Source: Guillardia theta CCMP2712 (lineage: Eukaryota > Protista > Cryptophyta). Taken from it: 64,000 bases of DNA. The translations under genes were made by a program, and so were the position numbers. Below, piece by piece: positions 1 through 12,700 of the stretch (position 1 is its first letter; each line of letters starts with the position of its first letter). The notes under the pieces are model-generated. The model saw nothing but the letters and a program-made list of their open reading frames with translations. It was not told where the DNA came from and did not search any database. The stretch lies in NCBI RefSeq assembly GCF_000315625.1, contig NW_005434641.1, forward strand, positions 201,113-265,112, in the 5' to 3' direction.

Positions 1-315
1 TCGCCGCTTACTCAAAGTCAAGTTTCATCAAGCCTGCGGACACTCAGGCACGCAGTGGCACTGGGCAGGCTGGCCGAGAGTCGGCGAAGCCTCGGAGGCT
101 TGACCGGCGGCCGCCGGGGCACTGAACTGAGCACGCGGCACAGGCGGGCCATACGGAGACAGAGCTTCGGACGGCGTGGCACGCTTGACGCTCAGTTTCC
201 ATCGCGGTTTATCGCGCAGCCTCACGGTGCTGCCACACTCAGCGGCAGTCGCGGCCGAGACTCGGGCTCCCCCTGCGGAAGGCCGTGATAGCCACCGGGA
301 AGCCAACGGGACCCA

Positions 316-2803
316 TCAATCAGCTTCCTCCTCCAAGAGGAGGACGTTGTCTTCAACTGACTCGCTGATCAAACTTGTGAGGCCGCACGAGATCTTGGAG
401 CGCGTGGCTGGTCCCTGCCGCGTCTCCACGTCAGCAGGTCTCAGCATGCGCCTCTCTGACCCACCTGGATGCGCATCCCGAACCTTCTTGCGACGCTCGC
501 GAACCCGCCATGGTAGATCTTGATCGCGTGCACCTGCTGACGTGTCAGGCTCACTCCCTACTGCCTTCAGCTGGGCACCAGGTCGGTCATCCCGTGCTGC
601 TCCATCTGCTCCTCCGTGGGCATGTACCAGAGGCGACGAGGCTTGACGCAGGAGGAGGCGGCAAAGAGATACCTGTTCATCTGCCTGCAGCGTCAGGTGG
701 GAGGTGCAGGTGGCCAGTCACCTCCACGAGGGCCTCCCGCACGTGCTTCTCGCTCTTGAAGTGGACGGCACTCCGTCGGCGAGGGATCACATCCTGCACC
801 TGCACCCCTGAAGCATCCCAGGATCTCGACATCTTGCTCCGCTCCCGATCAAAAGAAGAGAAGATGCGATCGGAAGATTGCTCGGCCTCACTGTTCCTGT
901 GCCCGTAGAGGGAAGGATCGCTGTGCTTCATGCTCTCTCTCCCTCTCCTTCCTGGCTTCAGGGAGACCACGGTGCGAGGACGAGATTTCAGTTCCTGAAT
1001 CCCCGGGGGCTCCACCGATGACTTGGGAACCTGCACGTCAGCCTCTTTGGAAACTGAATGATCTGCCCCTTTCCGCTCCATCTCCATCTCCATCTCCTCC
1101 TCCTTGTCCTTGTCCTTGTCCTTGTCCTTGTCCTTGTCCTTTTTTTTCTTGTCTTCTTGCTCCTCCTCCTCCTCCTCCTCCTCGAAAGAGTTCTGGTAGG
1201 TCAGAGCATCATTTCTTCCACCCGCCATAGAAGGGTCCTCGACTTCCTTCTCTCGCTTCACCTTCCTCATTGAAACCACTTTCTCCTTCTCTGCCTCCAC
1301 CTCTCCAGTCACTGCCACATCGTTCCAGTTTGCCGCTTCGCTGAGTGCGTTCGATCTCGTCATGCTCAGCCTTTCTTCGCTCTTCCACTGCTCTCTCATG
1401 CTCGTCACAGTTTCTTGCTGAGCCCCACTTGTCAGCATCCAAGGGATCAAGCCAACGAGCCTCTGTACCTGCAGCCTGACCAGCTCCTGGGTCGATGTCG
1501 AGAGAGGCTCGAGCGTGAACTTGAGCGCATCTGCAATCTCCTTGAATCCCTACCACCACAGCAGTCAGAGCCGTCACAGCAGACGCATACCAATCATCGA
1601 GACTCTCCCCTCCGTCAGGCCCCCACCTCCTGCATAGCCCTCCTCGCCTCATCCGAGAAACTCTGGCCCCGATGGGTCGAGCTGATTTGCACGTCCTCGC
1701 CGTCCTCCTCGAAATGATACTCCTGCAAGGAGCACTCGTGCTTGAAGTGCTGTATCCAATCGCAGAAACTGCTCGTGCTCTCGCACCTGCCGCCTCCTGG
1801 TCAGGATTCTCCTTTGCGTTCGGACTTCCCACCTGAACTGCAGACGCCGCCGGAGCCCAGGGAGCTGCAAGATGAAGGAGAGAGAGTGAGAGGGATGAGC
1901 TCCGAAACATGCGCCTCTAAGGTTTACGCTGAGGAGGGGGGAAAGTAGGTCACCAGGAGATCGATCGCTTCTGCTGTTGTCGTAGTATTCTCTGCACTCC
2001 CCCACTGAGCCGAACATGCGCATTTGAAGCGAGTTGTCGCTCTCCTCAACGACCAGATGGACGAGTTTCCACTTGATCGGCTTCTTTGATCCAGATTGTG
2101 TTTGTTTCTGAAGAACAAAGATGGAGCCCTCGCGCAGGACTTGCTTTCCCCTCAAGTTGAGCGACAAGTGTTCGACCTGTTTCTGCTCTGTACCCTTCCG
2201 TGAAGCACTTTCTTGGAAGAGAGAAGAAGTCAAGTCTTTTGGATCTTCTAGCCACACATAAACTTTGCTTTCCAACCTTGCCGTCAAGATGTCTGCGGCA
2301 ATCTTGAGCTTATCCACCAGAACCTGCCGGTTTCGGCTCTGGATTACCACCTCCAGCAGCATGACCGATTGACTTTCTGAAAATTCTTGTTGTTTTCGAT
2401 CAATCACAAATATTTCATTTTTCTCAATCATGCACAGCATTCTCAAGGCATCAACGACCTTGTTCTCAGCATTCATCAACGGAAGCAACGGAGGTTTGCT
2501 GGAGTTCTCTCCTCGTCTGCATTGATAAGCCACCCACACACTTGTAACCTTTATCAACGTCTCCTCTGTCCTTTCCGCGATATGCTGCCGCAGTCCTTTT
2601 GCTACTTCATTATCTGCTAAGGTGATGCTGTGAAGTATGCTCTCCGGCAAGTCCAGGCCTTCTCTGGTCTCCATCTCTGACAAAGCTTGCAACAGCTGCC
2701 CCCCTTCGTCAACAAGCAGCTTGAGGTCTTGTGAAATTGTTCCTGCCCCATTATCTCCCCCTCCTCCCCTGGCATGTTCTGTCATACCTCCGCTTGACGT
2801 CAT
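316..2803 (-). CDS. Multi-exon PH-like domain / coiled-coil protein
   Basis: ORF 1649..2803 has a PH-like segment (VLREGSIFVLQK...KWKLVHLVV...LLSVNLRGA...SFILQLP). Downstream ORF 677..1450 is charged, with E and DK repeats. The last exon reads ISESVEDNVLLLEEEAD* with its stop at 316-318. Confidence 0.55.
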
Positions 2804-3514
2804 GCTCTCCCTTTCTCCCTCCTCCCTGTCCTGAGTATCCCTAGCATGCCGGGATCAACGGACGTTGCCTTACAGTGAATCATCACCCTCCTACACGGCG
2901 TCGGATTCTCAACCCAGTTCTCAACCTGTGGGCCGAGCGGCGCCCGGCCGCTCAGTGGGCGTGAGTGGGCGCCGCGCCGCCCGGACCGCAGAGATCGGAT
3001 CGGGCCGGGTCAGGGGCTGCCCTGGTAGGCGCCAGAGTGGCAACATGGCCCTGAAGATCATCATGTAGGGGACTTTGAACTTCCGCAACTGGACCGCTAC
3101 GGGACTGGAGGCGGATGGCATGGGTTAACTTGAATCCTGGACTTCAGCATGTCACATGTTTTTGACAATGATGGAATACCGGACCTCGCTCGGAGCAAAC
3201 TGCAAGCAGCACGCGGCACAGCGGAAGATCCGAGGGCATCGTAATGCATACAGTGCCGCTCCGGTGGCAGCACGTCCCGGGAGTCCCGCCAAAGGCCTTT
3301 CTTCCCATCATCCGATCGCCAGCACTGTCACTCAGCCGATGGACTCTTGCAGTGCAGGACGATGCGTTGCCGCTGTGCGCTTTCTGTGGTGGCTGGCGGA
3401 TCGCTCGGCGAACTTGGCAAGGAAACGGCAGCGCTGGATGGTCTCTCGGCCTCGCACGACGTCTCAGCCGGGTGATCCGACTTGCAAACGCATCCGGTCC
3501 AGGAATTCAACGGT

Positions 3515-3718
3515 CCTGCGCGCAGTTAACGGTTAAGTGAAGGTATCAGTTAAGTTTTGCCGGGGGACAGCAGTTGGCAGGAATAGGTTTGGTTCTCGCT
3601 GTCTTTTCTCTTCTCGCCGTTTGGCCAGTGCGACAGTTGTCAGGGTCAAGCCTCCTCGACTCTGAGTCTCAGGGCCTGATTGTCCTCGCACTGATTTTTA
3701 ACTTAACTTTGCCGTAAA
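3515..3718 (+). repeat. Dispersed ~200-bp repeat, copy A
   Basis: Reverse complement aligns by eye with 15118-15320 (shared blocks AAAGTTAAGTTAAAA, GAGGACAATCAGG, GAGGCTTGACCCTGACA, AGAAAAGACAGCGAGAACCAAACC, AAACTTAACTGA, TTAACTGCGCGCA). Confidence 0.85.
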
Positions 3719-4334
3719 CGGGCGGCCCTGGTGCACAAGCGCCGCACAGGCCAGTGGGCCCAGTTGAGTGGGCGTCGCGCGGCTGCCAGCCGCTGGCAGG
3801 CTGCCGCCGGGCCGGGGCTCAGCCGCCGCCGAGTCAGCCGCCGCTGGCCCGCCGACCGGCGCTTCACTGAGTGACGGCACTGCTGTCGGAGCACTGAGTC
3901 ACTGCCACGGTACGCCGACGGTCCGTCGCCGCCGAGCGACACCGGCGGCGGTGGCCCACGGCCCGTGGCACCGTCCGACGGTCGTGCCGCGGACCCGGGA
4001 GCCGCGCCCCTGGCCCGCCCGCACATGGACGGGCCGGCGAACAGCTGCACTGCATGCGGGTGACTCGCTTCAAACTTTGACGGCCGAAGCAGAACTGGCA
4101 TAGCATTGAAGGTTTGGAAGCGTACGGTCGGGAGAAGGAATTCCTTTTCGAAGATGACGGCATCTGAACTGCAATAACACCTGTATCCCAAGATCCTGAA
4201 AGGCTTTGAGGGAGCAAACCTCCGTCACTGCCGTCGCCGAAGCCTGAAGGCTGAATGATGGTTCTTGGTTCCTTGTTCATTCCAGGTCCTCTTTGGAAGA
4301 GAGGCAAGCAAAAATGAAAACGTCTTATAAACAT

Positions 4335-4931
4335 TCATTTCATTACAAGATCATGAAGAAAGTCAGGGAAAAGGGTCAAAGTAAACAACAAAAGCATGGT
4401 GGGGATTGCTGACAACAACAGGAACGCGCGCGTATCCGAGAACAATTCCTCAGCTCGGTCTGCAACGCTGTTGTAGGTCGGACCAGCTTGCTTGCGAAAC
4501 TCTGAAACCCTTTCTGAAAAGTCTGGAGCAAGGCCATTCCGCATCTGAAAGTTGTACCTCCTCCGAAGCTCCTCATCACCCAAGACTTCGAATGCTTCAT
4601 TCAACACAAGGAAATTCTCCACATCGTAATCATCTTCAGAGCTTGTGTCCGGATGCAAAAGACGGGCCTTTGATCGGTATGCCTGCTTGATCTCCTTCTG
4701 TGTTGCAGTCTTAGCAACACCAAGTACCGCATAGTAGTCAATCAGGGTTTCTGACTGCTTTTCTGTCCTTGTGGCGTGCGGACTGACGGAGGTGAAAGTT
4801 GGTGGACGGCAGCTTGCAGGGCCATTAGGACGGAGGAGGGGAGCATAAGAGAAACCCTCCACGAGGGAGAAGACGCATGCTATCAGCAGCAGCCATCCGG
4901 CGCCCCTTGCTGCAGCTGCCCGACCCTGCAT
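4335..4931 (-). CDS. DnaJ (J-domain) protein, probably plastid-targeted, with a C-terminal TM helix
   Basis: DYYAVLGV...EIKQAYR...LHPD...LNEAFEVLGD J-domain. Hydrophobic signal peptide ending VEG-F then a Ser/Thr/Pro/Arg-rich transit-like peptide. Hydrophobic C-terminus. Intronless. Confidence 0.9.
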   Translation of the reverse strand: MQGRAAAARGAGWLLLIACVFSLVEGFSYAPLLRPNGPASCRPPTFTSVSPHATRTEKQSETLIDYYAVLGVAKTATQKEIKQAYRSKARLLHPDTSSEDDYDVENFLVLNEAFEVLGDEELRRRYNFQMRNGLAPDFSERVSEFRKQAGPTYNSVADRAEELFSDTRAFLLLSAIPTMLLLFTLTLFPDFLHDLVMK

Positions 4932-5079
4932 CTCGATGACGGGGAGGAGCAGGGATAGTTTACACTCAACAGCAAGCGCACCTCAGCACGGCAAGCGCCG
5001 GGCCCGCTTCCGCCGGCATGCGATTCGCCGGCCGGCCGTCACTACTGCGAGAAAATATGAGTAAAATTGTTTTCCCAAG

Positions 5080-6130
5080 GGGCTTACGACCCGATCGGGG
5101 TAACCCCCTACCCCTTGTATACTACCCCCTAGGTTGCAAGCCCCAAAGTAGGGACCCCAGGTACTCTACAAGAGTCTCTATTGGCTGGTCTATTAGAGAA
5201 CCATCACCCTACCCCTGAAGTCTGGATTCTGTGACGGGGCTGATCATTTTGTTCAGGGTGGGTGGTGTTGTGCATGGGGGGGCGGAAATTGTGAGCTGCT
5301 AGGGGTCATCATCATTGAAGAGGTAAATTTACAAAAGTCGGTGGGCGATCAGAGGGTGGGTGGGGTGATGTGGGTTCGGATATCATATGGCTCGAGGACG
5401 TTCGGACAAGGTGGGGTAGTTTACAGGCAGAAATGGGGTCATGGAATTTCGGGGTGGCGGACACACAGATGAAATCCAGTAAAGTGAGTGTTTTGGACAT
5501 GGATGGGGTGGGTGGGTAGTGGGAAGGGGACGGGGGTAGGATGAACTTTTCGTTTTCAAGAGGGTGGGTGTATGCAGGGGAGTTGAGTAAACTTTCCCAG
5601 TACGAAATAGAAGAGCAACAGGGGTGGGTTATCTCAATAATCAGAGGGGGTGGATCAGAGAGCACTATACGGGGTAGGTAAGCATGATGGTAGGGTGGAG
5701 CTACTTTCATGATTCGGGTGGGGTTCTTGGTGGGTTACGAATTTTGAGTGGGTGGGGTCATGATTAGCCGTGGTAGGGTAGTAAACAAACGGGGTACTAT
5801 CAGGGATGGGTGGTAGCGATGATGGTAGTTGGTAGGCTACTTTGGTTGATTTGGATGGGTGGGGGTCTGACGAAGTTCTAATGCACTGGATATGGGCCAT
5901 TTCAAGGGGGTAGATCATTTGATCAAGTCCACGAAGAGGGTGGGGTGGTGGAGATGGATGGAGTGGCAGGGATGGCAGCAGCGGATGATGAATGCAGGAA
6001 TTAGGGAAAGGAGGCAGAGGATGCAGAGGAGGCAGAGAAGAACAAGTTTGGATAGACGACATGTTGTGAATAGGAGACGAAGATCATTTGCACACAAAGA
6101 GAAGACAAATAGACCCGGGGGCATGCTTGA
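5080..6130. other. G-skewed GGGGT/GGGT-rich intergenic tract between divergent DnaJ and phytochrome genes
   Basis: Dense GGGG/GGGT runs on +, short palindromes such as GGGGTAACCCC (5097-5107), no credible ORF. Confidence 0.6.
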
Positions 6131-6702
6131 CGAAGGGGAAAGGGGTGTTTGCGATTTTTACATGTTCGGAGAGTGATAAGCGATTTGAATGCGACGATGA
6201 GGATGAGTATGGAGAGAACGAGAGATCGTAATTCTACCATGAATGTTTGACAGTGCTTGATGTGAATCCTGTATGATGCGATGCCGAAAACCATGCGCAT
6301 GGATCGGAACTGTGATTTTTTCAATCTGGACGGAAATTGACGCTGTGTTGAATTGTGGGAGTTGCTGCCATGAGGGAGGCCCAGGGATATTGTTTCATGT
6401 TTGGATGTGTGAGAGCTCGCTCGTCATTTGAGCTGCAAACTTGTCATTGTTCTTGCGCAAGCGCTGTTACGCGCGATCAAAGATGCTTTCATTTCCGAAA
6501 AGTACAAATCGAACGCCTGCGTTACTGTAATGATAAGACTGGAACTCTACATGCAGTTGGAAACGAATGGAGGGGTTTACTCACATATGAAGCAGGAGAA
6601 CATGTCCTGCCCTTGAGAATCCTTTCCTTTGGTCAGCGGCGGCATACATCGTTTACTTGCCCCAGAGGAGCGTTCCGGATTCAAGATCTCAGAGCATTCC
6701 AA

Positions 6703-9700
6703 ATGGATCAGCTGACACATGTGATTCCTTGTGCACACCATTCATCATTATCTCATAAAGGATGATTTCTAGGAGGTCAGAGCGAGGCAGCTTCAGGCTG
6801 ACGTACTTGTTCACGAGCAGTATGTTGGTAAGTTGCGCGAATTCACATTATCAAGCTTTCATCTTAAAAATCTCAGGTTCTTCAGCCAAATCAAACGGGT
6901 CAGGGGGCTCTTCCGAGGGTCTTCATGGCACCATTCCATCTGTCGAAGAAGTGATCGACATATGATTCTGGATAACGCTGTGATACTAACCTGAACCACC
7001 TAGATGGAAACCTACACCCGACTCTTGAACAATCCTGGCGAAATACAAGTGATTTGAATCTGGTTGGATCGTCGGATAGCTTACAGTGATTGCAGCCGCA
7101 TGGATATTTCATGTTGATCGACGAATTAAACAACTTCAGTAATCTGATGTTATTCAGAGGATGTTAGGTTGTAATCCCTGGTTATGTACAGCTGTACGGG
7201 CTGTTAGCAACAACATCGAGAAGCTATTCGGAATCCCATACAAGGATATGCTGGGAACCCAGGTATGACAAGAGAACTTTAAATTTTCAAATCGATCTGG
7301 CAAATGCTCACGTCTGTCTTACAACTTTGATAGATGATGTCTTTGTTCAAAGAACGAGAGGTGCATCGTTTCAGCACTGCCATTTCGTTTTGCCTAAGAT
7401 CATCGCAGCGCTTGGATTCAGCCGTAGCTATGAGCGACCTTTCGCTCGCGAACCCCGTTACTGTAACAGCTCTTGGCTTAGGTACTCTTCAGGATTGTTG
7501 AATTTGTTGAGCCTGAAATCCTGACTAGATCCCTCTGGGAAGAAATTTGGAAACATTACTGTAAACCTCATTCTTCATAGGTTCGTATTTTTTCTTTGTT
7601 AGCTCGCCCTCATGCTTGGTGGTATGTGCAAAGATCTTCTTCTGGTCTCCTTGTGGATATCGAGGAATTTGATTTGACAGAAAATTCCTTTGCTGCTCAT
7701 CAGGTGAATTAGCTTTGTAAGTATTGTGCTGTTTGACCCTCTCAAAACAGAGAGTACGAGTTGCCATTGAGAAATTGAACGCATCCACGAACCTGACTGC
7801 TATGTGTCAGCAAGTATCGAAGAATTTTATCTGAATTGTGGTTGCAATCTTTGACTTTTTACAAAGGTTGTCGAAGAAGTATTCAATACCACGGGGTATA
7901 TTCATCATGCTGAGATCTCGAAAAGTCTGATATGTAAACCGTTTCAGATATAATAGAGTCATGGTTTACAAGTTTCATGAAGACATGCATGGAGAGGTTT
8001 TTGATTACTCTCAAATTCAAAAGGCATTGACCGGATTTCAAGGTCATTGCAGAGTGTAAAGCTGCAGATGTTTCAGAGTCGTGGCTTGGTTACACCGTGT
8101 TGTGGCCCTATGGATTATTGAAATGCAATGATCAGGTCTGCATTTTCCAGCGACAGACCTTCCACAACGAACAAGGGATCAGGTTCTGAGAAGTTCTATT
8201 GGTGATGAGCCATGACCTTTCATCAGTTACGGGATGAACATGTACGTCTCATTGTGGACAGCCAGGTAAATGTCAAATTCTATCTTCTTCCATTTGCACT
8301 GCGATGTCAATCCCCACGTTCATCGTGCTTACACTTGATACTCAGGCTGTGCATGCGAAGCTTGTAAGTTGGATTGATTGGAAATAAGGATGAAATCATT
8401 GTTTCAATTGAACAGGTCACGGACAATCTAATTGCAAAGGCTGAATCCATCAACCTGAACGGTTCGACACTCAGAAGAGCTCACAGGCAACATTTTAACC
8501 AATGTGTGCCAAGAGTCACGTCGTTGGATTCAGATGCCATCTGGAGTACCTTTGCAACATGCAAGTACGAGCTTCTTTAGTATTAGCTATGGTACACATC
8601 TTCGTTCAAAGCTGTTCGAATTTCGGCCGAGGTTGACTATGGTTGATGCAGGTGGTCAAAGATCAGCTCTGGGGACTCATAGTTTGTCATCACTCGGAGG
8701 TTTGCTAGAATGAATTTGAAATGAACACTTTTGACGAAGACCTCAGTCTCGGATTGTTTCATATCAGATGAGAATGGCTTGCGAATTTCTTGCGCAAGTA
8801 TAGATTTTCTGTGAGGAAGGGGATGCCAACTGACTTGCTTTCCCTCTTCCAAAATTCTTTCTGTGCTTCACAGGCCTTGGCGATGAGAATATCCAGGTTT
8901 CAACCTGATTCGCCCATGCAAATGAATTGATCCATGACTTTCCACAGCATAATTGACATGGAGCATCATCATCGTCACGAGGTTAGCAGCATCATTCACC
9001 TCGCCAGGACGAGTCATGACCAGTTGCTTTGCAGCACTCATTACATCTACATGCAAAGCTCTGCGATCTCATGTATCAGCAAGGTTGCAATAACTAAATC
9101 GTCTTGAACAAAACTTAGCAACTTTCGGTGATAGGTCACAATCCTGGGCTCAGATTAAAAGGATTAGGTGAGAAAATACTGTCATATAATACGTTTCTAT
9201 TCGCTGACATGGTGCTGTTTGTGTAGTGACATCGTCGCCCAACCTAACTGATTTGTTGGAGGGCGTCAGTAGCGCTGCAATACAATATGCTGGGAAAATC
9301 AGTGTATGTGGAGATGCCCCTGAACAGGTAGGGAATGTAGATTAATCATGCATGAAACGATCATGGGTGGAGTTGACGAATGTCAATGCTATCAGGAGGA
9401 CCTAAAGAAAATTTGCTCTCTAATTCGTACCACCTATGAAAAAGGTAAGAATAGGATTACAGTTGGATTTTACGTCATTCGTTGCCCTGTGCGCTTTGTG
9501 TAACTTGTGCTTCGGTGCAGCTTTGGAAAAAGAAGGAATCGTTGTGATCAATAGGTAGGATTTTGTGATCGTGCGGCAATAATCCATTGAGACGTGTTTC
9601 AGCATGGCAATTGTTGATCAAAGTCTTCAACGATTGTGCCCAAAGTCAGCAGGTATGCTGAAAAGTATGGTCTCGCCTGTATTCATACCTTGCAGGATTG

Positions 9701-12700
9701 TTGGCTATTCCAGTAACGAGCGATGGACTGATCATACTTTTCCGCCCCGAGGTTGCTTCTTTTGTTTTCGTATGTCACAATGACATTTACTTCACCAAGT
9801 TGTCTACAACGATCAGATGGGGTGGTGATCCGAATGCGCCGGCTCGAATCAATCGTGATACGGTAAATCAATGAGCCAACTTCTTTTGCAAATTGACGGT
9901 GTTCAGATGGGTGGAAGCACCATGCACCCTCGTGGTTCTTTTGAGATATATTCAGATTCGATCAAGCATCGGTGCGCTTCGTTGTACTTGAATGCAAATG
10001 TCTTACGTCGACCAGATGTAATCCATGGCTGAAGTGGGAAATTGATAATGCACTCGGTATATCTGAGCACCTTGTGGATCAAAGTGGCATGTTCTTACGA
10101 TCTGCTTTTAGGACTTGGACTGCTGGTCAATGACATCATCAAATCTGTGGATACCGATGAGGTTTGTAAGGTAGAATAGCAATCAATCTGTGAAACAGCC
10201 ACGTTGCAGGTCCGATCGAATGTCCTAGTACGTCTCAACTCGGAGCGGATGCAGGTTACTTTTCCTTTGCATGTCATCATGGCGATCATTGATGTGTGTT
10301 ACGTCAGACGCAGCATGACAAAGAAGCCGTTGTGTCAGAAATGAGGTAAACAAGTCGGCCTTGTGCATAAGATTGAAACTACTGCATTATCTCTTTCTTG
10401 GTCCCCCTCACATGACCAATCATATTTCAGTTACCTCATCGATTCAGTCAAAGCGCCTGTTCTTGGCATGGACAACCGAATGCATATTGTTCAGGTTTCA
10501 ATAATCACAGGATATTCGTGATTTGCTGACAAAAAACGATTTCAGTGGAATGCTATGCTTGCTCAGCTGACAAACTACCGTCGTGAAGATGTTCTTCATG
10601 ATGTTTTCAGAGTTTGCGCTCTGACACAAGAGTGATAGGTTCTTGGCAAATCGCTCTACGGATTTGTTCCAGAGTCACACAGGTCTGGAAGAAAGAGAGT
10701 CTGCTTTAGTAAAACTGATGGTGCTGACAGGGATTCTCTTTCTAAGGCAATGGAGGTATCACCCCACTTACATTCATTGACTAGAGGATTTCTTAGAGTG
10801 GATTCACTTTGTGTTTCAGAGGGCCATGAAGGGTGAAGAAGTAGAAGCGTTCGACCTCTCCATCGTCAAGGCTAACGCGGTGTGTCTTGAGGCAGCTCCG
10901 AGGCCATTTTCTCACTGGGAAGCAGGCGGATTATCCAGCGAGTCAAAGACGAGTAGACCTCCGTGTGAATGTCACAGCTCGGTGATTTGCATTTGCATTT
11001 ACCGATGCAAGTCCTGACAATTTTTCTTCGACAGCTTCACGCCTACGGGGAATTGTTCTGGATTGGTTTGCTTGGGTCAGGTGAAAAGAAGTTTTGTTTT
11101 CTTACGCATCTAGACATTAACTTCTCATTCGCCTCTGGCTTGGCATCTTGCAGGATATCACAGCCACCAATGCGGGTATGATGTTACATGCTTGTGCGTA
11201 TTGGACTCGCTAAGGCACGTGATTGCAGCAAGGGGTCGTCAAGCAGAACTCGAGCAACAGATGGATGCGGTCTGATGTATTGCATGAATTTTCACAACTC
11301 CATGACTCATTTCTGCAGGTCCTGCACATGACAGCAGCAACAGAATCGTCTCAAGTAATATCTTGCTTCTTTCAAATGGCGGAGATCATCGTAAACATCG
11401 TTTGACCTGTTTACCACCCCAGGGAAAAGATCCACCGGAGAGTAACTTTGCGTTCGAACCTGACAAGGTCCATTGTACTAATCTCCTCATCATTTTGATG
11501 CTCACTTCCTTTACAGGAGTCGGCGTTGCTGGGGGAAGGAAGTTTTGGTAAAACTTATCGCATGAGAGGCACTATGGATGGACAGGTCTTTGACAACTTG
11601 AATTAAGTTGAGCCTCACTGAATGCTTTAGATATACGCTGTCAAGATGGAGAATGTGAAAAAGGCAGAAAAGAATGGAGTGCAGGTTTGATACAACCTTT
11701 CTTCCTTCCTTTGTTTTGTCGCCGCGCACCATTACTTCTTTTCAATGACGTGGGGTTTCTTTAGCTTGATGCGTTGAAAAGAGAGGTTCACATGCTAATG
11801 CGGCTTAATTCACCGGTATAAACGATTTGTCTTGTTGTGCATCCTGCGCTGACTTATGGCGACACCAGCATATTATTCGTTACTATACGTGTTATATGTT
11901 CAAGAAAGCCAAGTACTTCTGTATTGTCATGGAGATTGCCGAGGTTTATTCCTATTGAGCCATGTTTTTGTTTCATTGATGAATGAGTAGGGTGGAACTC
12001 TCGGCGACCTCATTGAAGATACGCGCGGGACTGTCTCTCGCATCGGTGCCATCCTGCCCTGATTCGTGTGCACAAGTGTAAAGCACTGATTGCGCAGGAG
12101 ATGAACGAATTCGAAGCTTGAGTAGTCAGCTCGCCAAGGTCAAAGATTTCACAAGAATTCCTTCCATCTGAAAGTTTTACCAGGCGTTGGCTCACATACA
12201 CTCTCGCCGCATGTTGCATCGAGACATCAAACCTCACAACATCCTCTTGACACAAGTATTTTGACAGCTTGATCGAGCCTTCCTTTCGATTCTAAACTGT
12301 ACCACCTTTAGGATGGCTCCGAAGCCAAAATTACTGACTTTGGTCTTGCGTGTGTTATTTCGTCTGGTAAGCTTGTCTGCTTCTTTTTTCCCGTGCAAAG
12401 TCTGATCTCCTCCTTCAGCTGCCGCTGCATCATCAAGAGCAGGAACTCTAACCTACGCGTCTCCTGAGAAGGTTACAGTTGCTTGATTCCATTGGTCGGG
12501 TCTACATTCGTACTTACCAAGTCTCTGCAGGCTGGGGCGAAGGGTTATGATTCCAAGGACGACATGTACATTCTTCATGCTAAAGATGATTATCAGTGAC
12601 GTCTTCGATGCAAGGTGGGCCCTGGGATGTATCATGTCAGAGTTGATCACTGGCGTTCCGATTTCTGCCCGGTGAGCTTCCCGCCTGCCTGTAGTGGGCT

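Noticed and set aside
3515-3718. tRNA, rRNA or MITE identity for the dispersed repeat
   Set aside because: No cloverleaf or clear Pol III boxes, only an 8-bp internal inverted match (GTTAAGTT/AACTTAAC), and no target-site duplication seen.
2865-4334. Ala/Arg/Gly/Pro-rich ORFs in GC islands (also 14656-15528, 47444-47914)
   Set aside because: Stop-poor GC-rich sequence with overlapping ORFs on both strands and no recognisable motifs.
5312-6324. Pro/His/Tyr-rich ORFs in GGGGT/ACCCC tracts (also 15564-16960, 47922-48405)
   Set aside because: Compositional artefacts of G/C-skewed intergenic DNA; no domains or splice structure.
6355-6700. Additional upstream coding exons of the phytochrome
   Set aside because: An open frame exists but has no homologous motif or clear splice chain; left unassigned.
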